Positions 48,020 through 58,800 of a stretch of DNA of 64,000 nucleotides are shown piece by piece. Position numbers and translations under genes: made by a program. The number at the start of each line of letters is the position of its first letter. Within the stretch, counting starts at the first letter, position 1. Source of the DNA: an uncultured bacterium. Lineage in GTDB: Bacteria > CSSED10-310 > CAZUFC01. The notes beneath the pieces were generated by a model. It made no database searches, had not been told where the DNA came from, and was given only the letters and a program-made list of their open reading frames with translations. Location: assembly GCA_964619725.1 (NCBI GenBank), contig CAZUFC010000005.1, forward strand, positions 1 through 64,000, in the 5' to 3' direction.

Positions 48020-48428
48020 AAAAGCAAAATTAGACCACATGATTACGAATTTGAAACGATACCTGAAAATTCTCAGTTCCCTTGCAGAAACGCCGCACCG
48101 GCAATTCTTGAAAAACTCAGATAAAATAGGAAATGCCAAGTACCATTTCATTATCGCTATCGAATGTTGCGTAGATATAGCCAATCACATCATCGCCTCA
48201 AAAAACTTCCGATTCCCAAAAGATAACGCAGACAGTTTCGTCGTTCTGATAGAAGAAGGAATCATCGGTTGTGAAATGAAAAACAAGCTTCGCTCTATGG
48301 CCAAATTCAGGAACAGACTGGTTCACCTTTATTGGGACGTCGACGATGAAAAAATTCATCAGTATTTCCAGGAGTCGCTCCCGGACATCGAACGTTATAT
48401 CGCTCTTATAACGCAAAATGTCGTTTAA
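48012..48428 (+). CDS. HEPN (DUF86, HepT-like) RNase toxin
   Basis: RNRLVHLY (RX4HXY) motif; IECCVDIANHII. Confidence 0.92.
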   Translation: MVEKAKLDHMITNLKRYLKILSSLAETPHRQFLKNSDKIGNAKYHFIIAIECCVDIANHIIASKNFRFPKDNADSFVVLIEEGIIGCEMKNKLRSMAKFRNRLVHLYWDVDDEKIHQYFQESLPDIERYIALITQNVV

Positions 48429-48634
48429 CCAGTGACTGACTACAAACTCGAAGCCCGATTCAAAATTTAATGCTGCGCAGCCACTTGGGTTTCTGATCCA
48501 TAAACGGGCGAATTTTTCTTAAGATAAGGAAGGCAAGGATTTGCGAAGTAGGGGGATTGCTTATACGTTGACTGAGCAAATCCGCAGCCTGACGCAGTAC
48601 TAGGGAAAATCCGTCGTTTATGGACAAAAACTAA
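48429..48634. mobile_element. MITE-like element (empty form)
   Basis: Imperfect inverted repeats tccataaacgggcgaatttt / aaaatccgtcgtttatgga; both ends homologous to the ends of 10584-11723. Confidence 0.65.
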
Positions 48635-48638
48635 ATAA

Positions 48639-49388
48639 TTAAAAAACCGTACTGTCCACTATTATGGAACACATGGCGTTCGTTGAACCCGATTCCGCAG
48701 TTATCGACACATCTACCGATTCTTCAGGCGGCACGAAAACCTCAAACGTCAGTCCGTCCGAAACCTGCCCACGGTTATTCGTGTAATAAATGCAGGCCCC
48801 GGAATCAAATGAACCGTGAGACGATTTCAATACTACCGGCTCATTGGCTATCGGATATCCCCCTTCGTCCCAGGCCGTTAACGTTATGATGGAACGGTAA
48901 GTATCGATCATCTTCTCCGCCACAAAATTCGGCGGATCAGCGGATAGCGTCATATCGTTTATCTTGCTCCCGATCGGCACCAGCGTATATCCCTCTGCCG
49001 CTCCCGATTGAGCCACAATTTCCGCCGTTCCTTCATAAAACGATGAAGTCATAGTGACTGTGGCGATTCCATTTACGGTCGTCGCCCGCGTTTCTATGCT
49101 GCCTAATGTCGTCGAAAACATGACCTCCGTTCCGTCAAGCGCCTGACCGCTCGGCCCCATTACAAATGCCGTCACCTGCGATTTGCTCGACCCGTCACTC
49201 GGCAGTATCGGCGGGTCCGCCGTCACCATAACGTCAGAATCCGTTTCAGCAGGCATACTCTTACGATTCATATCGTAATCGCAAGAAAAAATCATAACCC
49301 CTACAAGAACGATCATCGACATATTGATTAAAAAACGTCTCGTTTGTTTTTGTCTTTTCATTTTCTTTTCATCCTCCCACAGGAACAA
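48639..49388 (-). CDS. Lipoprotein with two invasin-type (Big_1) Ig-like domains
   Basis: MIFSC lipobox; ADPPILPSDGSSKSQVTA...DGTEVMFSTTLG...GIATVT. Confidence 0.8.
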   Translation of the reverse strand: MFLWEDEKKMKRQKQTRRFLINMSMIVLVGVMIFSCDYDMNRKSMPAETDSDVMVTADPPILPSDGSSKSQVTAFVMGPSGQALDGTEVMFSTTLGSIETRATTVNGIATVTMTSSFYEGTAEIVAQSGAAEGYTLVPIGSKINDMTLSADPPNFVAEKMIDTYRSIITLTAWDEGGYPIANEPVVLKSSHGSFDSGACIYYTNNRGQVSDGLTFEVFVPPEESVDVSITAESGSTNAMCSIIVDSTVF

Positions 49389-49830
49389 ACGGTTCCTCCT
49401 ACTATATTTAGCAATTTCAGCAATAATTGCAAATTTTTTTTGCCTGTCGGATGCATTTTTTCATCCATATGATGCCGTCAAAAATGCAAGCAATCGATTG
49501 AAGGGGCCAGGTATAAGGTTTCAGGAAAATGTTCAGGAGAGCGGTGGGCGATAAATTTTCGTAGAGTCGAGAATAATTTTAAAGAGAAGGGGCGAGTTAT
49601 TCCAGGAACGACAGATGTTTTAATCAGGGAGGCTGACGAAGCAACGATTCATAATCCAACATATTGAAAAATAATGAAATAAAGTTTAACCAAATGCGTA
49701 TTTGAGTCATGTAGAGGAATAGTTGCGGCAGCGCAAACGCATAAATAACGTTGATATTTTTGTTTTTTTTTGATAAAGAAATTATCCCTTCTTTAATGAG
49801 TTAGGGAAGGGGAGAGAGAAGGTAGACGGC

Positions 49831-52800
49831 ATGAGGACGTGCCCACAATGCGGATATGAGAATCCTCCAGGCGGCGAGTATTGCAGTCGCTGCGGTTCAT
49901 CATTGGCGGGATCGAGCGATTTCGATACCGAGATGATAAACATCAATCAGCCGGTATACGGCAATTATTGCCGGAAATGCGGGGCACGCAATCCAGACGA
50001 AAGCTTGGTATGTCAGAGTTGCGGGGAGCATTTAGGCTTGGACGTAAAGGGCGGAGGTATCACGCCGTCTCATTTTCGTGACGTATCATTAAGATTGAGG
50101 AAGTTGCTGGAGGGGCATTACGAGGTATTGGAGGAATTGGGACGCGGCGGGATGTCCATCGTTTATAAGGCGCGAGATGTGCTGTTAGACCGTCCGGCGG
50201 CGATAAAGGTATTACCGATAGAGTTATCTGGTGACAGGAAGGTAGTGGAGCGATTTTTAAGGGAGGCGAAGACGGCGGCGAGGCTGCATCATCCGAATGT
50301 AGTAGCGGTGTATTCTGTTCGTCAGATGGAAGAGCTGAATTTCATAATAATGCAGTATATAGAGGGGAAGACGGTAAATGAGTTGATAAGGGAGAGCGGA
50401 GAATTATCGTTGCCGGATTTTTTCAGCATAACGAAGGAAGTGTGTCGAGCGTTGAATGCGGCTCACAAGTTAGGGATAATACACCGTGACATAAAGCCTG
50501 ACAACATCATAGTAAGGCCGAACGGGAGCGCTGCAGTGACTGATTTCGGTATAGCGAGAGCGGTGGGCAGGAAGCGATTGGTGAAGGCGGAATCCATGGA
50601 GGGTACGGCCTATTACATGTCGCCTGAGCAGGTAAGGGGGATGGCGGATATCCGGGGCGACTTATATTCTTTGGGTGTAGTAGCCTATAAGATGTTGACG
50701 GGAACGGTACCTTTTCAGGGGACAGCTCTTCAGGAGATCGGCGACAAGCATCTTGAGGAGATACCCCGCATACCGCGTTCGATAAATCGAGATATACCGG
50801 AGAGTGTAGAGGATTTCATATTAAAGGCTTTGAGGAAGGATGCGGGAGATCGTTATCAGTCGGCATCGGAGATGCTGGATGCTCTGATTGCGGTGGAGAA
50901 GGCTCATACGGTGAGGACTGCTGAACCGGTAGAAGTCAGCGAAGAGTCCGAAGAAACACGTTATCAGGTAGAGAGATTAATGGAAGCGGCGTGCGGAGCG
51001 TTGTCGGAAGACCGGCTGGAAGAGGGGATATTATTGCTTCAGAAGATACTCTTTCTTCAGCCGGAACATGAGAATGCCGGTCTTTTGATTGATGATGCTG
51101 AGAGCCGAATAAAGGAGCGGCGTTTTTTCCGTCAGATGTTCGACCAGGCGGACAAAAAGGTGAAGGATCAGGAGTATGAAGTCGCATTAAAGTTTATTGA
51201 GCGCATACTGGAGATGGACCCGAAGCATGCGACGGCATTGAGGCGCAGGGCGGAAATAAAAGAAATGATAGGTCAAGAGGGAGTGCGGGAAGTTTCCGAG
51301 CATACGCCGGTGGAATCTGTGGAAGCTGTGGATAAGCCGGACAGGAGTGTTGATCAAAAAGAACGCACATATGTGTGTGCGGATTTGAATACGGGGCCCA
51401 AGGAAGCCGTGCTTGAGAAAACCGTAATTGATGATTTCGAGGAGGACTTTGGCGAACAAACCGTGATGGCGCAGCACAAGAAAGGTGAGGAGCCGGGTTC
51501 AGAAAGTCGTTTCAGGAGTCTGGGCGAATATGAAGATACAGCGGGAACCGGGACCTCTTTTTTAACCGGCAAGCTGAACCGGCGTCATCTGGCGATTATT
51601 CTGATCGTTTTGGGTATAGCCGCGACCGGACTGGCTTATTACATCCACAATGTTTTTCAAGTGAGAGAAGAGGCTCAACGGCTTCTGGATGAAGGCATTT
51701 TAGCGTTCAACGCCGGCAGGTATGAGGAAAGTGCAGGACTGATGGATCAGGTTCTGGAGTTGCAGCCGCAATGGCAGGAAGCGGAAAGATACAAACAGCA
51801 GGCGGTATTGCGGCGCCAGGCGGTGGAGAAGCAGAGAGAAATACAGGAAAAAATCGATTCGTTGTTGAAGCAGGCCAAAACGTATTTTCAGCAGTCGGAA
51901 TATGACAGGGCGAAAAACGTTTTTAATCTGATTTTAAAGGAAGACCCATACAATGAAGAGGCGAAACGTTACATCAATCTCATTGATTTTGAATCGGACA
52001 AGATAGAAAAAGAAAAGGAAGCCGTTGTCCTGGCAGAAGCCGCCTCCGGGTTCATATCAAGAAACCGGTTCAAAGAGGCGGAAAATACTATTCAGAAGAT
52101 TGAAGTCCTTGATGCGGACCATCCGGAGATTGCGGGTTTGAAACGGCAATTGAGGAATAAAAGATACAGGGTATGGGAAGAGGGTCAGAAAAAAAATCGA
52201 ATCGATGAACTCTGGAAACAGGCTCAAAAGGATTATCAGAACAAAGAATACCAGGCCGTCATATCCGGTCTGAATGAATTGCTGGAGCAGGACGGCAGTA
52301 ATCAGGAAGCGAAGGAATTATTGACGACGGTGCAAAATATCCTGCAACAGCAGCAGAAGGCGATTGAGAAAGAGTCCAGGGTGGACCGTCTGATGAGCGA
52401 GGCTGAAAGTTATATGCAACAGGAGGATGCGGAAAGAGCCATCACTGCTTTGAATAATATTTTAGAACTTGAACCGGGTCATTCGGAAGCCCTTTCACTT
52501 CTGGATACGGCGAAGGAACTGCAAGAAGAACAGTTGCACGAGGAAAAAATCAATTCAATGCTGTCCGAAGTCAACGCGCTTTTCGCCGATAAAAATTACG
52601 AAGAGGCGATGGAGAAGATAGAGGAGGCCTACAAGCAGTATCCTCATTCCAGAAAAGTCAGGGCTTTACGAGCGAGCATCAAGAAAGCGCTCACGTCCAT
52701 CGACAGAACTCCGCCAGTGGTAACAATTGATGTATCGAATAAAATTTCATTAGCGGACGATGTGACGCTGGAGGCGGACATCACAGACGAAAGCGCGGTC

Positions 52801-53031
52801 AGAAGGGTCACGCTTTTTTACAAAATGAAGGGCGCAGGCGATTTCAAACAGACGGGAATGGCCTATGTAATCGATTCGCGTTACTCTGCCGCCATATCCA
52901 GGAAAGAATTGAAGAGAGGAAAGCTCCAGTTTTACATAGAGGCGGAAGACGGCGGCGGAAACATCGCAAAGTCGCCGCTCCAGTCGATTGAACTGAAGGA
53001 GCCCTCACGTTTCGTTCCTCAAGCTTTTTAA
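49831..53031 (+). CDS. Membrane Hanks-type Ser/Thr kinase with double zinc ribbon and TPRs on both sides of the TM
   Basis: CPQCG/CSRCG/CRKCG/CQSCG; LGRGGM, HRDIKPDN, DFG and YMSPE; TM LAIILIVLGIAATGLAYYI. Confidence 0.93.
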   Translation: MRTCPQCGYENPPGGEYCSRCGSSLAGSSDFDTEMININQPVYGNYCRKCGARNPDESLVCQSCGEHLGLDVKGGGITPSHFRDVSLRLRKLLEGHYEVLEELGRGGMSIVYKARDVLLDRPAAIKVLPIELSGDRKVVERFLREAKTAARLHHPNVVAVYSVRQMEELNFIIMQYIEGKTVNELIRESGELSLPDFFSITKEVCRALNAAHKLGIIHRDIKPDNIIVRPNGSAAVTDFGIARAVGRKRLVKAESMEGTAYYMSPEQVRGMADIRGDLYSLGVVAYKMLTGTVPFQGTALQEIGDKHLEEIPRIPRSINRDIPESVEDFILKALRKDAGDRYQSASEMLDALIAVEKAHTVRTAEPVEVSEESEETRYQVERLMEAACGALSEDRLEEGILLLQKILFLQPEHENAGLLIDDAESRIKERRFFRQMFDQADKKVKDQEYEVALKFIERILEMDPKHATALRRRAEIKEMIGQEGVREVSEHTPVESVEAVDKPDRSVDQKERTYVCADLNTGPKEAVLEKTVIDDFEEDFGEQTVMAQHKKGEEPGSESRFRSLGEYEDTAGTGTSFLTGKLNRRHLAIILIVLGIAATGLAYYIHNVFQVREEAQRLLDEGILAFNAGRYEESAGLMDQVLELQPQWQEAERYKQQAVLRRQAVEKQREIQEKIDSLLKQAKTYFQQSEYDRAKNVFNLILKEDPYNEEAKRYINLIDFESDKIEKEKEAVVLAEAASGFISRNRFKEAENTIQKIEVLDADHPEIAGLKRQLRNKRYRVWEEGQKKNRIDELWKQAQKDYQNKEYQAVISGLNELLEQDGSNQEAKELLTTVQNILQQQQKAIEKESRVDRLMSEAESYMQQEDAERAITALNNILELEPGHSEALSLLDTAKELQEEQLHEEKINSMLSEVNALFADKNYEEAMEKIEEAYKQYPHSRKVRALRASIKKALTSIDRTPPVVTIDVSNKISLADDVTLEADITDESAVRRVTLFYKMKGAGDFKQTGMAYVIDSRYSAAISRKELKRGKLQFYIEAEDGGGNIAKSPLQSIELKEPSRFVPQAF

Positions 53032-53136
53032 AACGCTGTTCCCCAGGCCGCTGACCATCCATCGCAGAAGAAAAGAAATTTCTCTTTTTCATCAAAATGT
53101 ATTATAATTAGTTCGGCATGATAAGGAGGTAAACCA

Positions 53137-53499
53137 ATGAAAAGAGCATCTTTATTTATAGCTTGCGTTTTCCTGTTCGGAACGGTTTTTCTATCTCTGA
53201 TGGGCGTCGTCGATTCCGCTGGAAAGGCAAAAATTTCTGCAGGCAGGACGCTTGAAGGCAAGGTAGTGAAATCAACGGCGAAATATTTCAAAATTAGAGA
53301 CAATAACGGAAAATTGTTCAGATTCGATGTGGACCGGAATACTGAGTTTTTGATCGGAGATAAGTCTGTTAAGACGATCAAGGCGAAAAAAGGTGAAGAG
53401 GTAAAGATCAGTTACGTAGAGGAAGGCGGAAAGTTAAAAGCCAAAAGGGTCAATTTCCCCAAGCGAGTGATGCAGCAGTTCAAACCGGATGGGAAGTAG
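53137..53499 (+). CDS. Small basic exported OB-fold-like protein
   Basis: Signal peptide; LEGKVVK...FDVDRNT...KKGEEVKISY...LKAKRV; AGGAGG RBS. Confidence 0.7.
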   Translation: MKRASLFIACVFLFGTVFLSLMGVVDSAGKAKISAGRTLEGKVVKSTAKYFKIRDNNGKLFRFDVDRNTEFLIGDKSVKTIKAKKGEEVKISYVEEGGKLKAKRVNFPKRVMQQFKPDGK

Positions 53500-53696
53500 C
53501 GGGATAATCGATTTTTTTGCGGGATTATTCAGCATTCAGAGAAGCAGACATTTTTTGTAAGGAATTTCATAAAATTAGTGGGAGCGCCTGTCCATCAGCA
53601 AGATTTTAATCGACATTCGAGCCGTCAAATATTTTAATAAAAAACGTCGTCCCGGTTTGATCAGTCTCGAGATTTAATATAGAGAACGACGAAGGT

Positions 53697-53880
53697 TAGC
53701 CCGCATTTCTCATGCAAAACCTATTACGGGCGTCCATATCCCCACACCTTCAAGCGCTGCTCCCTACGGACCAGCTCAGCGTAGCGCTGCCATGTTTCCG
53801 CGGTCCCCTAGTCCGCCGCGCCTGAATCTGCGGGAATCTGAATGCTCTCACTGCGATTTTGTATGAGAAATCCGGGTCAG
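53697..53880. mobile_element. MITE of about 184 bp with ~23-bp terminal inverted repeats
   Basis: tagcccgcatttctcatgcaaaa ... ttttgtatgagaaatccgggtcag; non-coding interior. Confidence 0.7.
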
Positions 53881-54095
53881 CGCCTGTACCGTCTTTATAC
53901 ATAAATGAGTTTTGCTGATCGGAATTGCTTTTTCGTTATTGATTAATTAATATGCAAATAACCGTCAGGGATGTGAGCTGAAAGGTTCAGCGCCTCCGAA
54001 TGCGGTATCGAGATTATGAGGCTTTTATAGAAAAGTATATGCGGGCATTTTGTTTTGTTCCAGATTAAGGCATTAATATCAAGGGAGAAGGCGTC

Positions 54096-55439
54096 ATGAG
54101 GTTAAGACACATTTTGAACGTATTGATGGGAATTTTAACGACGTGTGCGGTTTGGGGCGAGATACCTCATCAGATTAATTATCAGGGATATTTGACGGAC
54201 GATCAGGGTAACCCATTAGACGGTCATTATGATTTAGTATTCCGGATTTATGATGAAGAGACCGGGGGCAATCTGCTTTGGAGTGAAACCCGTGAGAATG
54301 TTGAGGCGGAGCAGGGAGTATTGAGCGTAACAATGGGAGAAGTCACTCCAATTGAAGTGATTTTTGACGGAGTTTATTGGCTTGCAATTGAGGTTAATCA
54401 GGAAATATTAACTCCCCGGCAACAATTGACGAGTATCGGGCAGGCATATAATGCAGAAGATGTTTATGATCAAGATATTCATCCGCGCAGCATCAGCATA
54501 GAGGGGATAGGCACGGTGGTGAATGACCAGGGAAAATGGGTAGGAGACCCGGCAGGACTGACGGGACCAACCGGTCCTGCTGGTCCTCAGGGTGAAACGG
54601 GACCGGCAGGTCCGTCTGGCGCTGCGGGAGCGACGGGTCCTCAGGGTGAAACAGGACCGACCGGTCCGGGCAGTGTGATATGGGAAGAAAATGGCGATGA
54701 CATTTTCTACAAGAGCGGAAACGTGGGCATAGGCAATTCAGACCCGGATTACGACCTGGATATTGCCGGAAACGTGAATTTCAGCGGAGAACTGTATCAG
54801 AATGGAACCCCTTATGCAGGCGCTGCGAACGATCTGGTATGGTTTTCCACATTTTTCGAGGGTGCGTGCTGCTCGCCGTCCCGTTTTTCTATGACATATT
54901 CGGGACAGACCATTTCCTGCAACAGTTACGGGGTATCCATCGGCGGATCAAGCAATGGTTGGGCGTGTTTAAAACTGGCATCCTGGATATCTTTTCCTCA
55001 TTTTACGCCTTGAACGGAATACGCCATTCAGTTTCATGCCCAGGACCCTCAATCCGACAACGAAGGCAGCGCGTACCTGGGAGTAGGCATTATTAATGTG
55101 GATAGCGCATCGCACGATTTTACCGATTCTCATATCGGCGTTAAAATCATCTGGGACGATGAAGGGGCGAGAACATATGCAACCATAGCAAACGGGACCG
55201 CTGAATCCGAAGCGCTAATTTCAGGCAGTACGAATCAGACAAGACGAATACGCATAAAGGTTAAAAGCGATGCTGTTGAGTTTTACGATAGAGGAGTCCT
55301 TGTTGCCGAGATAACTACCAATATCCCGGATAATGCTGCCTACGGCAGTATTTTTCAGGCATCGACGCAGAGGAGTTCCGGCGGCAGCCGCACGACGATT
55401 TACCTCGACAGCTTTGCCATAGCCCGACCGGATTTATAA
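54096..55439 (+). pseudogene. Secreted collagen-like (Gly-X-Y) protein interrupted by an in-frame TGA at 55011-55013
   Basis: Signal peptide; INYQGYLTD domain; about 13 GXY triplets; GNVGIG; frame continues after the stop (FTP*TEYAIQF...) into ORF 55098-55439. Confidence 0.7.
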
Positions 55440-55837
55440 TTTTCGGAAATCGCCGGCGATTAGATTCAGTATCCTGAGAGAACCGGAGCTTTGAGAGATT
55501 GCTGCTGCGGTAACTGCAGGAGATATAACCTGATCAAAAGAAGGACGCCGTCGATAGGACAAGTCTATCCTCGCGTAATGCGTTGAATATGCGGACCGGT
55601 TTTTGGATTCGGGCAGCATGCAACCCGTAGCGCTATGTCCGCGTTTGCGTTACGGTTTATTTTGAAAGAGGAATTTCAGGAAAGCATGGAGCAACGTTAC
55701 ATCATAGGGAGTCGAATTTTCCGGGGAATATTCGGCCGTCACAAGAACATTAACCGGCAACAAATAATTGACTTATGAGTTCGTTTTCAATAATAAAGGA
55801 AGCGGCGAATTTTCACTTGCGAAAGGAGTTGTAAAGG

Positions 55838-58800
55838 GTGAAAGAATTAGACGGGTTGATGTTTGGGATTTTGTTTGCGATTATTTTAATTTCAACATCT
55901 ATGGCCGGAGGATATGTTCCGGAATTTCCTGAGATAAAAGAAAAGATCATAAGAATAGAGATTGAGGACAAAGAGAAGGCGCGTGATAAGTTACGACCGA
56001 TGCATTTGGTTATTGAGGAGTTAACGGAATCGACGATACGCTTACGGGCGAATGAGCATCAGTTGGAAAAGCTGAAGGCGCTGGGATATAAGATTGAAGT
56101 ATTATGGGAGGATGCCAGGGATCGTGCGGCATACCGTAAGGCTTTGATGCAGTCGGACGATCGTTGGACGTCTTACGACAACCTTGTTTCCTTTATGCAG
56201 ACGACGGCGACGACTTATTCGGACATCTGCCGGTTGTATGAGATCGGGACGAGCGTTCAGGGGCGGACCATATATGTGATGGAGATAACGGACGAGCCGG
56301 ATTATGACGATCCTGCGGAAGCGGAGGTGCGGCTGATAGGCAACATACACGGCGACGAGTATATGTCTCTGGAATTGATGCGCCTGATGATAGAATATCT
56401 GACGGTGAATTATGACAGTGATCCAACGGTGACTGATCTGGTGAACAATCGTGAGATATGGATACAGGCATCGGTGAATCCCGACGGTCATGAGAACGGA
56501 TCGCGTTATAACGCTCACGGGGTGGATTTAAACAGGAATCATGGATACTGCTGGAATTACGGAGGCAGCGGACCTTTTTCCGAGGTTGAACTGCATCATT
56601 TTCGGTCTTACAGCCTGGAACGCAATTTTACGTTATCCTTGTCATATCACGGAGAAACGACCTACATTAATTACGTCTGGAATTTTAGTCCGAACCCGAC
56701 GCCTGATGAGCCGATGATCGATGATTTATCGTATGGGTATCAGTCTTTTCAGTTTGATCCATATGAGGTAGTAGCGGGATGGGACTGGTATCAGACGAAC
56801 GGTGACACGAACGACTGGAGTTACGGTTGCCGTGGAGATATAGACTGGACGATTGAGACGCCGGGATACAGCCAGGGAGCGATTGAGACGGATTGGAACA
56901 ACAACCGCGATTCCATGCTTTACATCATGGAGCAGGCGCAATACGGAATGATGGGCGTAGTGACCGATGGGACGACGGGCGACCCTCTGGAAGCGATAGT
57001 AACGGTGCTGGAGCATCCCTGGCCGGTATACACGGACCCGGAAGCGGGCGATTATCATCGCTGTCTTCAGGGAGGAACTTACGATATACGGGTATGGGCA
57101 AACGGTTATTCGTCGACGGTGGTAACGGACATAGAGGTTCCCGACCAGGGTACCGGGGTCCAGGACGTTCAACTGACCCGCAATTTCACCAATCATGCGA
57201 TGCATGTATGCTGGTACGAGGTGACGGATTATTACACGTATAATTATGACAATGAGGCCTATCCGCATCTGGCGTTAGGTCCTCCGGATGAAGAGCCCTG
57301 TTCTCTGGGCAAGGGCTGCGATCTGGCTCTGGACATGGGAGAGGGATTTGAGATAGTCGACGGTGTAGGCGATGATTTCACGGTGATTGAAGCGGACGTA
57401 GGCGACGGCGATGAAGGATATACCCTGTATGCCGGCGAGGGATTCCTTGGGCCGTGGACCATGATCGCTGAAGGCAGCGGGACTCAGGCGTTCGACCTGA
57501 GCGGCACGGGTGTTAACAATATCCGGTATTTACGTTTTTTAGACGATAATGACGGCAGCGCTTCTGGTTCACATCCCGGTTTCGACCTGGATGCGGTCAG
57601 CACGATAGAGCCGGTTCCCGGCTGCGGCATATTGGAATTGGATAAGACGGTTTATGACTGTTCTGAGCTGATGGGCATAACGCTTGTGGATGAAGATTTA
57701 AATAATGATCCGGGCGTCATCGAAACCGTCGATGTGGTCGTATGGAGCGACAGCGACGGTCCGAAAACAGTTGAAATGACGGAAATATCCGCGGATTCGG
57801 AGCAGTTTGAGGGCGGCATTCAACTCAGCGAAACGGAGTCCGGACCGGGGTACCTGATGGTGGACCGCAACGACGTCATAACCGGTCTTTATAATGATGC
57901 CGATTGCCAGGGCGAACCTTATGAAGCTTACGATTATGCGACGGCAATGTGCCCGGACCCGGACCTTTATTATTTAGGGCATTCGATAGACGATTCTTCT
58001 GGGAACGACGACGGAATCGCAGACCCGGGAGAATCCATTAAACTGACGATTACGCTGGAAAACGCCGGAGAACAGACGGCTGAACAGGTTCATGGAATTC
58101 TGAGCAGCGAAAACGAATATATAACCGTTACATTGAGCGAGGCGGATTTTGAGGATATCCCTGCGGGCGAGACGGGCGATTCGATTGCGCCTCATTTCAC
58201 TTTCGACGTGTCGGAAGAAGCGCCGGTGGGAACTCTGGTCGAATTCACATTAGCCCTGGAAGCTTTCGATTTCGGCGGGGCTGATGAAAACTTCAGCATC
58301 GGCATAGGCGCTCAACCCGCTCTGGTCATTGACGACGGCGGAGGAGGCAGTCCCGGCGAAATAGCGGACGTTCTGTCGAACAATGGATTTGTGGTGACCG
58401 AAGAATCAGCGGCATCTACCGAACCCGCGGAATGGCCGTCTTACGGATTCATCGTGTGGAGTTCCGGCGGCAACAGCGAACCGATAGACAATTCCACGTG
58501 GCGGTCGAATCTGGAAAGTTATGTTGCCGGAGGCGGAAAGCTGCTTATTGAAGGCGGCGAGATATGTTATGATTTTTATTATAGCGATCCCGGTTTTCTG
58601 GAAGATGTGTGTCATGTCGACGACTGGAATTCAGACAGTTCAGGCGATCTAAGTCTGCAGGCAACCGATCATCCCCTGGCGAACAATCCTTACGACCTTC
58701 CGTCAGTCATAGATCATACATACGGAAGTTATTACGATGAGGATGCCTGCGACGTCACGTCTGACGCTGTCATTGTTTACGGTTGGACATCAGCGACGGG

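Noticed and set aside
22870-55013. Genome-wide stop-codon reassignment
   Set aside because: TAG and TGA terminate many full-length genes here (nikR, proline dehydrogenase, yoeB, darT) at expected family lengths
54096-55439. Prophage tail fibre or DGR target
   Set aside because: It has a Sec signal peptide, no phage genes are nearby, and no reverse transcriptase or template repeat is in the window
55434-55660. 61-aa ORF and possible stem-loop between the collagen-like and M14 genes
   Set aside because: No recognisable protein motif; pairing is imperfect and single-copy, so support is insufficient
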